NCBI GenBank assembly: GCA_964595565.1
Contig: CAZQQX010000001.1
Span: forward strand, 8,074-72,073
DNA: 64,000 nt
From: an uncultured Actinomycetota bacterium
GTDB lineage: Bacteria > Actinomycetota > Humimicrobiia > Humimicrobiales > Humimicrobiaceae
Direction: 5' to 3'
The translations under genes were made by a program, and so were the position numbers. Below the pieces are notes generated by a model. That model saw nothing but the letters and a program-made list of their open reading frames with translations. It searched no databases and was not told the DNA's origin. Shown here piece after piece: positions 9,726 through 18,187 of this stretch; within the stretch, counting starts at the first letter, position 1; each line of letters begins with the position of its first letter.

Positions 9726-10751
9726 ATGGATATAAAAAACAGAAATAAGAAAATTTTTATATTTATTCCGGTGGTTATATTTTTATTTATATTATCAGTT
9801 ATGGCTGTGTCCTGTAATTTTTTTAATACCGTGGAAGATAGTGAGCCACCGTCTGGGGTAGATGTTGAATTTGAGATAAAGGAAGGAATGACCTTAAAGG
9901 AAATAGCTTCACTTCTGGAAGAAAAAAATATAGTAGACAATGCTTTCTTATTTAGATTATTTGTTGAACAGAGGGGAGAGGAGAAAAGCCTGATACCGGG
10001 AATTTATGTGATGAAGACAGGTTCTGAATATGAAGAAGTGCTAAACGGGATAACCGCAGGTACGCCGGTAGTAACTTATAAGTTAACCATTCCGGAAGGT
10101 TATATGGTAGAGCAAATAATAGACAGAGTAGCCGGGGAAATACCCTTTATAGAATATGAAGAACTGGAACGGGTAAAAGATATAAGCAATTATAATTATG
10201 ATTATTTGAAAGAAGCCACCAGCCTGGAGGGGTTTCTGTTTCCCAAGACATACGAAATAACTCTAGATTATTCTGCAAAGGATGTTATTGAAATGATGCT
10301 CGCCCAGTATCAGGTGGAGACGGTTAGCCTTGATTACACTTATGCGGCAGAGAAGGGCCTATCAAATTATGACGTTTTGAAGATAGCTTCGATGATTGAA
10401 AGAGAAGCTTATGTTCCCGAAGAAAGAGCTTTAATTTCTGCGGTTATTCATAACAGGCTTGACATAGATATGAAACTGGATATAGATGCTATTCTCTGTT
10501 ATTACCTTGATAAATGGGATGAAGGTTTAACCGAGGAGGATAAAAAAGTTGACTCGCCCTATAATACATATATGTATTCCGGCCTACCGCCCACTCCCAT
10601 CTGTAATCCGGGTGTTGCATCAATTGAAGCGGCATTAAATCCTGCTGATGTTGACTACTTATATTTTGTGGTGACTGACAGCGAAAAGCATATTCATTCC
10701 TTTGCATCAACCCTACAGGAACATGAAAAAAATAGAAGCAACGCAAAATAA
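9726..10751 (+). CDS. mltG: Endolytic transglycosylase MltG
   Basis: TIPEG, LEGFLFPKTY, IASMIERE (catalytic Glu), SPYNTY, GLPPTPICNPG and YLYFV motifs. Confidence 0.93.
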   Translation: MDIKNRNKKIFIFIPVVIFLFILSVMAVSCNFFNTVEDSEPPSGVDVEFEIKEGMTLKEIASLLEEKNIVDNAFLFRLFVEQRGEEKSLIPGIYVMKTGSEYEEVLNGITAGTPVVTYKLTIPEGYMVEQIIDRVAGEIPFIEYEELERVKDISNYNYDYLKEATSLEGFLFPKTYEITLDYSAKDVIEMMLAQYQVETVSLDYTYAAEKGLSNYDVLKIASMIEREAYVPEERALISAVIHNRLDIDMKLDIDAILCYYLDKWDEGLTEEDKKVDSPYNTYMYSGLPPTPICNPGVASIEAALNPADVDYLYFVVTDSEKHIHSFASTLQEHEKNRSNAK

Positions 10752-11370
10752 TTTATTAAAGCCCTGTCTGAAAGAAATAAAATTATTAGATAGCCTGTTT
10801 AAAAAAGCTCAACAGGAAAAAATCCCCGTAGTTGATAAGGATGCGGGAAGGTTTCTGGAAATAATCTGCCTGATTGGAAAACCGGAAAATATCCTTGAAA
10901 TTGGCTGCGGTATTGGATTTTCATCCTACTTTATAATAAAAAATTTAAAGGGAGGAAATTACACCGGCATAGACCTTAATAAGGAAAGATTAGAAAAAGC
11001 CGAGAAATTCATAAAAGGCAAATTTCCTGAAAAAAAATGCAAATTTTTGGCAGGCAATGCATTAAAGATTATTCCGGAAATTAAACATAAATTTGATATG
11101 GTTTTTATAGATGGGGCAAAATATGAATATCTTTCTTATCTTAAAGTTGTGGAGGGTAAACTTAATTCAGGAGCATTGATTATTGCAGATAATATATTTT
11201 ACGGGGGCCGGATATTTAAAAGAAAGGTAAACGGTCATGACTATAATAGTGTTAATGGCATAAAGGAATATATAAAATATATAAACGGAAACAAATATTT
11301 TGAAAGCTATTTTTTTGATACAGGTGATGGTATATCAGTTACAAAATTTCTGAGGGATTATTTTAAATAA
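10723..11370 (+). CDS. SAM-dependent O-methyltransferase (TrmR/YrrM-like, tRNA 5-hydroxyuridine methyltransferase)
   Basis: ILEIGCGIGFS, FDMVFIDGAK, IIADN and GDGISV motifs. It follows mltG and precedes a U32 protein, as in the Bacillus yrrL-yrrM-yrrN/O order. The start was moved from 10702 to the ATG at 10723, which has an AGGA upstream. Confidence 0.75.
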   Translation: MKKIEATQNNLLKPCLKEIKLLDSLFKKAQQEKIPVVDKDAGRFLEIICLIGKPENILEIGCGIGFSSYFIIKNLKGGNYTGIDLNKERLEKAEKFIKGKFPEKKCKFLAGNALKIIPEIKHKFDMVFIDGAKYEYLSYLKVVEGKLNSGALIIADNIFYGGRIFKRKVNGHDYNSVNGIKEYIKYINGNKYFESYFFDTGDGISVTKFLRDYFK

Positions 11371-11373
11371 AAA

Positions 11374-12603
11374 ATGTTAAGAGATAAAAAAATACCCGAA
11401 CTTCTGGTTCCCGCCAATAATTTAAATATATTAAAATATGCGGTTAATTATGGTGCCGATGCTGTTTATGTTGGGGGTAAGAAGTTAAATTTAAGAAGCA
11501 TCAGAGGGAATTTTACAGTTGAGGAATTAAAAAGGGGAGTAAGTTATGCCCACGAGCATGGAGTAAAAGTATATTTTACTCTTAATTCAATAATAAGTGA
11601 AAGTGAAATTACCGGGGCCGAAAAGTATTTGAAAAGAATAAAGGATATTGATATTGACGGAATTATAGTAGCTGATTTTGGAGCTCTGGAGCTTGTGCGT
11701 AAAATTTTACCCGGGAAAAAGATACATATGAGCACCCAGGTTAATTTAAATAACCGCCTGGCAGTAAAATTTTTTGAAAAAATAGGGGTGGAAAGAGTAA
11801 ATCTTGCAAGAGAAATAAGTTTTTCGGATTTAAATAAAATTATAAAAGAAACAAATATTGAGCTGGAGATATTCATACACGGAGCATTGTGCATATCCTA
11901 TTCAGGTAGATGCATGCTTAGCAAGTATATGACAGGTCGGGATGCAAATAAGGGAAGATGTGCCCAGAGCTGCAGGTGGAAATATTATTTAATGGAAGAA
12001 GAAAGACCAAATATGCTTTTTCCCATAGAACAGTATAAAGAAGGGACGTTTATTTATAATTCAAGGGATCTGTGCCTTCTGGGCAGATTAAAGGAGCTTG
12101 TGGATACCGGAGTCAGCGCATTTAAGATAGAGGGAAGGATGAAAACAGAAAACTATGTAAGTGTGACAACATGGGTGTACAGAAAGGCGCTTGATTATGT
12201 AAAACAGGGAATTCTTGATAATGATAAAATATCTTATTTAAAAAATGAGCTTGAAAAGTGCTCCCACAGGAATTTTACCCAGGGATTCATGTTCCTGAAA
12301 GAAAGAAGTGAACTTGAAGATAATGATAATGTTGGCTATATAAAAAAATATAGATTTATAGGTGTATACCATGATTATAGTGAAAAGTATGATGGGCCAA
12401 TCATAAAGGTAAAAAATCAGTTTGTTAAGGGCGAAACAATTGATGTGCTGCAACCCTGCAGGGAACCTTTAAAATTCAGTGTAAAAAAAATATTATTGGT
12501 GGCCGATGAAAGGGAAGTAAAATGCGCGAATCCTAATGACCTGGTAATAATTTGCGGGCCTGGAAGGTTGCATCCCTTTTCAATTTTTAGAATTAAAGCA
12601 TGA
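11374..12603 (+). CDS. Peptidase U32 family Fe-S protein (TrhP-like tRNA hydroxylation protein)
   Basis: PELLVPA, GADAVYVG, HGALCISYSGRCMLS, NKGRCAQSCRWKY, RDLCL and FKIEGRMK motifs. Confidence 0.85.
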   Translation: MLRDKKIPELLVPANNLNILKYAVNYGADAVYVGGKKLNLRSIRGNFTVEELKRGVSYAHEHGVKVYFTLNSIISESEITGAEKYLKRIKDIDIDGIIVADFGALELVRKILPGKKIHMSTQVNLNNRLAVKFFEKIGVERVNLAREISFSDLNKIIKETNIELEIFIHGALCISYSGRCMLSKYMTGRDANKGRCAQSCRWKYYLMEEERPNMLFPIEQYKEGTFIYNSRDLCLLGRLKELVDTGVSAFKIEGRMKTENYVSVTTWVYRKALDYVKQGILDNDKISYLKNELEKCSHRNFTQGFMFLKERSELEDNDNVGYIKKYRFIGVYHDYSEKYDGPIIKVKNQFVKGETIDVLQPCREPLKFSVKKILLVADEREVKCANPNDLVIICGPGRLHPFSIFRIKA

Positions 12604-12674
12604 ATTATTTTTATTTTTGTTTTTACAGGTTTCATGTTTTAAAAATACAATAAAATTAATATAAATCTAAGAAG

Positions 12675-12703
12675 TTGAAAATATAAAAATTTTTTAGTAT
12701 TAT
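12675..12703 (+). promoter_or_regulatory. sigmaA-type promoter upstream of acyP-aroE-pilT-pilC
   Basis: TTGAAA-N17-TATTAT, 25 nt upstream of the acyP ATG. The AT-rich context raises the chance of a random match. Confidence 0.5.
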
Positions 12704-12727
12704 TATTATAAATAAATTAAAAGATAT

Positions 12728-13012
12728 ATGACTGAAAATATTAAAACATATAGGGCGGTACTGTCAGGAAGGGTTCAGGGTGTGGGATTCAGGTTCTATG
12801 TGGAGTCAGCAGCAGAAAGATATAATATTAAGGGTTATGTAAAAAATACAATTGAGGGTAGAGTGGAAACGGTATGCCAGGGAAGAGAAAAAGACCTGAA
12901 GATATTCATGGATAAAATAAAAAATGGGCCTTCTTTATCTTATGTAAATGAAGTAAAAATTGAAGAAATTAATGATAGCAGGGAATATAGTATATTTGAA
13001 ATAAAATATTAG
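12728..13012 (+). CDS. acyP: Acylphosphatase
   Basis: SGRVQGVGFRF and GYVKN motifs; 94 aa. Confidence 0.93.
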   Translation: MTENIKTYRAVLSGRVQGVGFRFYVESAAERYNIKGYVKNTIEGRVETVCQGREKDLKIFMDKIKNGPSLSYVNEVKIEEINDSREYSIFEIKY

Positions 13013-13057
13013 AACAGTAAATGTAACAATTTAACATAGTAAAAATGTGGTTTAAAA

Positions 13058-13942
13058 ATGATTGGTGCTAAAACAAGTGTGGTAGCTTTAATAGGGAACC
13101 CGGTGGGGCACAGCCACTCTCCGGCAATACAGAATTTTTTTATAAAAAAATATTCTATGGATGCTGTCTATCTTGCATTTGAATTTAGTGAAAAAAATTT
13201 AAAAAAAGCATTTAATGGTGCAGAGAAGCTGGGGTTTGCGGGCTTAAATGTAACCATGCCCTATAAGGAAAAAATATCGGGCATGGTTGATAAAAAAGAC
13301 AGTATAGCCCGGGTAACAAATTCGGTTAACACGGTAAAGTTTGATAAAAAAAAAGAAATTTCAAACGGCTTTAATACTGATGTGATGGGGTTTTTAAAAC
13401 CGCTGGATAAAAAGAATTTTAACTGGACAGAAAGCCGTTGCCTTGTGATAGGGGCAGGTGGTGCCGCAAGGAGTGTCATATATGGTATGGTGTTAAAGAA
13501 AGTAAAGAAAATATGGGTGCATAACAGAACAAAAGAAAAGGTAAGAAAAATAATAAAAGATTTTAAAACCCATCCTGATAATTTGATAGAGCCTCTTGAT
13601 AGCATTAATGAGCCGGGGGGGAAAGTTGATGACGCTGACTTAATTGTTAACTGCACGCCTATTGGAATGAATATAGAATCTTACCGGAATTTTATGCCGG
13701 TACCAGAAAAGTGTAATTTAAAAGATAAATTTATCTTTGATATGGTTTATGACCCTGTGGAAACGCTTTTAATAAAAAAAGCCATAAGGGAAGGGGCAGA
13801 GGTTATAAGTGGAATTGATTTATTGGTGAACCAGGCTGGGTTATCTTTTGAAATATGGTTCGGGATATTACCTGAAGATAACTGTATAGAGGATATAAAA
13901 AACAGGATTTTAATGGACATATCAAAAAAAAGATTAAAATAA
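13058..13942 (+). CDS. aroE: Shikimate dehydrogenase
   Basis: GNPVGHSHSP, GLNVTMPYK, SVNTV, NTDVMG, GAGGAARS, NCTPIGM and DMVYDP motifs. Confidence 0.95.
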   Translation: MIGAKTSVVALIGNPVGHSHSPAIQNFFIKKYSMDAVYLAFEFSEKNLKKAFNGAEKLGFAGLNVTMPYKEKISGMVDKKDSIARVTNSVNTVKFDKKKEISNGFNTDVMGFLKPLDKKNFNWTESRCLVIGAGGAARSVIYGMVLKKVKKIWVHNRTKEKVRKIIKDFKTHPDNLIEPLDSINEPGGKVDDADLIVNCTPIGMNIESYRNFMPVPEKCNLKDKFIFDMVYDPVETLLIKKAIREGAEVISGIDLLVNQAGLSFEIWFGILPEDNCIEDIKNRILMDISKKRLK

Positions 13943-14016
13943 TAAGATATTAACAAATTAAAAAAATAATATAAAATAAATAGAACACAATAAAAAGAAA
14001 AATAGATGGAGATAAG

Positions 14017-15075
14017 ATGAACATCAATGATATTTTACTTGAGGCCATAAATGTAAATGCATCGGATGTACATATTGTATGTGTCCTCCCCCCTATATTC
14101 AGGGTACATGGAAATCTGGTAAAGTTAGAAAAATTTGGAGATATTACTCCTGAACTGGCAGAAAAAATGTTAATCAGGATATTAAATGAAGAACAAATTA
14201 AAAGGTTAAGGGAAGGGCTGTCTGTTGATTTCTCTCATACTATATCGGGCTATGGGAGATTCAGATGCAGTTATTATTATCAGAGAAACACACTTGCAGC
14301 TGCTTTTAGATACATATCAAGAGTAATTCCATCTGTTGAAGAACTCGGTTTACCCCTTCAGATTAAAGAATTTGCAAAATATCCGCGGGGTCTCGTGCTG
14401 GTTACGGGCCCCACCGGTTGCGGTAAGTCAACGACACTTGCGTCCATAATTGAGATAATAAATCAAAACAGGTCTGAAAATATAATAACCGTTGAAGACC
14501 CTATAGAGTATCTGTTTACACATAAAAAAAGTATAATATCCCAGAGAGAAATATTGGCGGATGCTCATTCATTCGCAGATGCCCTTAAATATGTTTTGAG
14601 GGAAGACCCGGATGTTATAATGGTGGGAGAGATGAGGGACCTGGAGACAATATCAAGCACTCTTACTGCTGCAGAAACCGGGCACCTTGTTTTTTCTACC
14701 CTTCATACCCAGGACGCGCCCCAGACCATTGATAGGATAATAGATGTATTTCCAACTCATCAGCAAAGGCAGGTAAGGGCACAGCTTGCCGGAACTTTAA
14801 AGGCAGTACTGGTGCAACAGTTATTAACTACAAGAGAAGGTGATGGAAGGGTGCCTGCAACAGAGCTTATGTTCGTTAACGATGCCATAAAAAATATGAT
14901 AAGAGAAGTAAAGGTGCATCAGATTTATTCATCAATACAGGCGAGCGGCAGGAGGGGTATGATGACCATGGATATGTCGCTGGTGAACCTCTATAAGGCA
15001 GGAAAGATTTCAGAGGAAACGGCGCTGGAAAAGGCACACAGCGTAGAAGAGGTAAGAAGAATGATTAATGGCTGA
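14017..15075 (+). CDS. pilT: Type IV pilus retraction ATPase PilT
   Basis: Walker A GPTGCGKSTT, TVEDPIEY, LREDPDVIMVGEMRD, TGHLVFSTLHT and the PilT signature AIKNMIRE. It lacks the long N-terminal domains of PilB. Confidence 0.93.
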   Translation: MNINDILLEAINVNASDVHIVCVLPPIFRVHGNLVKLEKFGDITPELAEKMLIRILNEEQIKRLREGLSVDFSHTISGYGRFRCSYYYQRNTLAAAFRYISRVIPSVEELGLPLQIKEFAKYPRGLVLVTGPTGCGKSTTLASIIEIINQNRSENIITVEDPIEYLFTHKKSIISQREILADAHSFADALKYVLREDPDVIMVGEMRDLETISSTLTAAETGHLVFSTLHTQDAPQTIDRIIDVFPTHQQRQVRAQLAGTLKAVLVQQLLTTREGDGRVPATELMFVNDAIKNMIREVKVHQIYSSIQASGRRGMMTMDMSLVNLYKAGKISEETALEKAHSVEEVRRMING

Positions 15076-15110
15076 TTGTTTTTGAGAGTCAATAAAAGAG
15101 GGTTTTAATT

Positions 15111-16340
15111 ATGACAGTATACAATTATACGGTTAGGGATTTAAAAGGTGAGTCAATTAAGGGTTTTATAGATGCCGAAACACAGGATGTTGTTGAATCA
15201 AAGCTAAAGGACATGGGCTATTTTATAATCAATATTGATAAAGCAAAAGAAGAGAAAAAGCTCAAATTAAAAGGCTCTTCAGAAGGTTTTAGTTTTTTTA
15301 ATCGTATAAAAATAAGAGATATGGTTATTTTCACCAGGCAGTTTTCTACTCTTATTTCTTCGGGGATGTCCTTGCTTGAATCGCTTATTGTTCTTGAAAG
15401 GCAAACCGCGAATCTTAAGTTAAAAAAAATAATTTCAGAAATAAGGGTATACGTGGAATCGGGCCATTCACTATCAGAATCAATGGAAAACCACCCTAAA
15501 GTTTTTAGCAGGTTATATGTAAGTCTGATAAGGGCAGGCGAGGCGGGAGGCGTGCTTGATAGGACCATGAATGACCTGGCAAATTTCCTTGAAAGAGAAG
15601 AGGAATTGAGATTAACCATAAGAAATAAAACAGCTTATCCAAAATTTATTCTGGTTTTTGCTGCAATTATATCTATTGTGATGATAGTATTTCTGGTTCC
15701 TACTTTTGAAGGTATATATGAAGAGCTGGGAGCAGAGCTTCCGGGAATTACAAAAGCGGTTATGGCAGTAGGCGGGTTATTTAAAAATATATATTTTTAC
15801 CTTATTCTGGTAGTTGTTGTATTTGGTGGAAGATATTTATTTAAAAAATTCGTAAGTTCAAAAAAGGGAAGACACATAATGGATAGTGTAAAAATTAATT
15901 TGCCGAAATTTGGTGACCTCTTTAGAAAAATGTCGCTGGCAAGATTTGCGAGACATTTTGGGATATTGCTTGCCACCGGGGTTCCAATATTAAATTCACT
16001 GGAAATTGCCAAGGGAGTTGCGGACAATGTTATTATTGATGAAGCACTTGAAGAAATAAGGACCAGTATAAGAGAAGGGGAAAATATTTCTGATCCCATG
16101 TCAGGCATATCTATTTTCCCTGATATGATGGTACAGATGATAGGGGTGGGGGAAAGGACCGGTACGCTGGATAGCATTTCAAGTAAAATTGCGGATTTTT
16201 ATGATAACGAAGTGGCAAATACCATAGATATGCTGGTAACAGTGCTGGAACCCCTGATGCTTTTGTTTGTAGCGGGGTTTATAGGTATAATTGTAATATC
16301 AATGTATCTTCCGATGTTTAATATATACCAGGCAATGTAA
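15111..16340 (+). CDS. pilC: Type IV pilus platform protein PilC (GspF family)
   Basis: FTRQFSTLISSG, AGEAGG and GERTG...LEP motifs; two GspF repeats and three TM segments. Confidence 0.93.
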   Translation: MTVYNYTVRDLKGESIKGFIDAETQDVVESKLKDMGYFIINIDKAKEEKKLKLKGSSEGFSFFNRIKIRDMVIFTRQFSTLISSGMSLLESLIVLERQTANLKLKKIISEIRVYVESGHSLSESMENHPKVFSRLYVSLIRAGEAGGVLDRTMNDLANFLEREEELRLTIRNKTAYPKFILVFAAIISIVMIVFLVPTFEGIYEELGAELPGITKAVMAVGGLFKNIYFYLILVVVVFGGRYLFKKFVSSKKGRHIMDSVKINLPKFGDLFRKMSLARFARHFGILLATGVPILNSLEIAKGVADNVIIDEALEEIRTSIREGENISDPMSGISIFPDMMVQMIGVGERTGTLDSISSKIADFYDNEVANTIDMLVTVLEPLMLLFVAGFIGIIVISMYLPMFNIYQAM

Positions 16341-16383
16341 AATTAATAAAACATTTTTTTAATGGCATTATTCAGATTTAATC

Positions 16384-17193
16384 ATGGAAAAATTAAAATC
16401 AAAAAATTATGATACGGACAATATATTAAGGTTAAGAAATCTTACTGTGGAAGAATTAATAAAGATATATAAAAATACAGGCAGTTCTGAAATATTGAAT
16501 ATAATACTTGAAAAAACAAAGAAGCTTGCCTATAAGGTTGTTTCTGATTTTAAAATTAATTACTGTGATAGGAAAGACATAAGGCAGGTTGCGCTAACCG
16601 GTCTTGTAATAGCCATAAACAGGTTCAATACAGGTGTGGATACCAGGTTCTCCACTTTTGCCGTTAACTATATAAAAGGCGAAATACTTCACTTCATAAG
16701 AGATAACCGCCTGGTAAAAAGCCCACGGTGGTTGTGGAAGCTAAATAAAATATTCACCGAATATGTTAAAAAATATGAAAATCAAAATAATAGTTACCCT
16801 ACCATAGAGGAAATTTCAGAAGGAATAAATATACCGGTAGAAGGAGTAAATGAATTCTTAAAAGCCAGAGAGGCAGCCTTTTACAATAACAGGAAAATAA
16901 ATGATTGCGCCGGGGGTAACGGTAATAAAGCAGAAGATAATTTAAGTTATGATAGGAGCCTTATAAGGTCAAAGGAGTATAAAAGTTTTGACCTGGTAAT
17001 GGAAGATAAAATAATATTATGGGATGCCATAGACAGGCTGCATAAATTAAACAAAAAAATACTGGTTCTAAGTTATTTCCTGGGATTCAGCCAGGAGGAA
17101 ATAGGTAAGAAAATAGGAATTTCGCAGAAATCGGTTTCCAGAAAACTAAAAGAGAGTATAAAGCAGCTAAAAGAATACTTCGCGTGCAACTAA
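16384..17193 (+). CDS. Group 3 sigma factor, SigB/SigF/SigG-like
   Basis: Region 2: DIRQVALTGLVIAINRFN...RFSTFAVNYIKGEILHFIRD. Region 3: YPTIEEISEGINI. Region 4: SQEEIGKKIGISQKSVSR. Confidence 0.85.
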   Translation: MEKLKSKNYDTDNILRLRNLTVEELIKIYKNTGSSEILNIILEKTKKLAYKVVSDFKINYCDRKDIRQVALTGLVIAINRFNTGVDTRFSTFAVNYIKGEILHFIRDNRLVKSPRWLWKLNKIFTEYVKKYENQNNSYPTIEEISEGINIPVEGVNEFLKAREAAFYNNRKINDCAGGNGNKAEDNLSYDRSLIRSKEYKSFDLVMEDKIILWDAIDRLHKLNKKILVLSYFLGFSQEEIGKKIGISQKSVSRKLKESIKQLKEYFACN

Positions 17194-17249
17194 TTTTTTT
17201 GCCCCGAATTTAAAGATTTACCGGATACCCGATAAATATTTAATTATTA

Positions 17250-17278
17250 TTGACAAATATGTATGAAATAAATATTAT
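17250..17278 (+). promoter_or_regulatory. sigmaA-type promoter upstream of the major pilin
   Basis: TTGACA (17250-17255)-N17-TATTAT (17273-17278). Confidence 0.6.
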
Positions 17279-17385
17279 TGTATAATAAATAATTTTATAA
17301 TTTTATATTTTATTATATAATAATTAAATATAATTTTTAATTAATATATAATTTTCTATATTTAGGAATATAAATATAAATAAAT

Positions 17386-17410
17386 GTCTAAAAATTTTAT
17401 TTAAGGGTAT
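17386..17410 (+). promoter_or_regulatory. SigB-type promoter upstream of the major pilin
   Basis: GTCTAA (17386-17391)-N13-GGGTAT (17405-17410), one mismatch from the Bacillus SigB consensus GTTTAA-N12-14-GGGWAW, 55 nt before the pilin ATG. Confidence 0.55.
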
Positions 17411-17465
17411 AATAATATAATGAATAATAAAAAAATAATTTTCTATCAAATAAAGGAGGTAAGAA

Positions 17466-17876
17466 ATGAAGTGGTTATACAGGCATATGCATAAGGATGA
17501 GAAAGGATTCACACTTGTTGAACTTATGATAGTAATCATAATACTGGCAATCCTTACTGCAATTGCTGTACCGAGCTACATGGTATTAAGAAACAGGGCA
17601 AGGATAGCAGCAGCTCAGAGCGAATTAAAGAATATCGCCACTGCTCTGGAGATGCACTACGCGGATAAGGAAGCTTATCCGGCAACTACCTTTGCGGCAC
17701 TGGTGACAGCACTTGAAGGTGGTGCATATATGGATCCGGTACCTCCAACCGACCCATGGGATACTGGCTATGTATACACATTAGCTGCTGGTTCTTATAC
17801 CCTGGAAAGCTATGGACCGGATAAAGCGGACGCCGGTGATGACGATATAGAAATAATAGATGGGCAGCTGCAATAA
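17466..17876 (+). CDS. pilA: Major type IV pilin with GspG-like C-terminus
   Basis: Class III signal KDEKG/FTLVELMIV with Glu5; C-terminal DPWDTGYVY...SYGPDK..GDDDI as in the T2SS GspG family. Strong SD (GGAGGT), with its own promoter and terminator. Confidence 0.85.
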   Translation: MKWLYRHMHKDEKGFTLVELMIVIIILAILTAIAVPSYMVLRNRARIAAAQSELKNIATALEMHYADKEAYPATTFAALVTALEGGAYMDPVPPTDPWDTGYVYTLAAGSYTLESYGPDKADAGDDDIEIIDGQLQ

Positions 17877-17926
17877 TAGTGGCGATATAATACAAATTAT
17901 ATCGGAGTAAAAATAATATAAAAAAA

Positions 17927-17970
17927 TAAATTAAGAGGTAGTTATTAAGACTGCCTCTTAATTTATTTAA
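17927..17970 (+). terminator. Intrinsic terminator after the major pilin
   Basis: TAAATTAAGAGGTAG / CTGCCTCTTAATTTA stem followed by a T-rich tract. An A-tract upstream means it could be bidirectional. Confidence 0.8.
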
Positions 17971-17993
17971 ATTTCAGGTCAATATTTTAATTT

Positions 17994-18022
17994 TTGACTA
18001 AAGAAAAATACCATGTTATTAT
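17994..18022 (+). promoter_or_regulatory. sigmaA-type promoter for pilD-pilMNOP-aroCKB
   Basis: TTGACT-N17-TATTAT with an extended -10 TG at 18014-18015, just downstream of the pilin terminator. Confidence 0.6.
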
Positions 18023-18187
18023 TAAAAGATAAAAAAAATTATATAAATTTATATTATTAAAATATTAAAGTTATACAGGAAAAATAATTTTTTAAAATTA
18101 TTATTCAATTATAATAAATATAGCAATATAATAGAAAAAATATAAATTTACCGATTGTAAAAAAACTGTAATAAAGTAATAAGCAAA

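Noticed and set aside
17211-17235. sigma28-like motif TAAA...CCGATAA just after the sigma gene
   Set aside because: The spacing is 13 nt instead of 15, and the encoded sigma resembles SigB/F rather than FliA.
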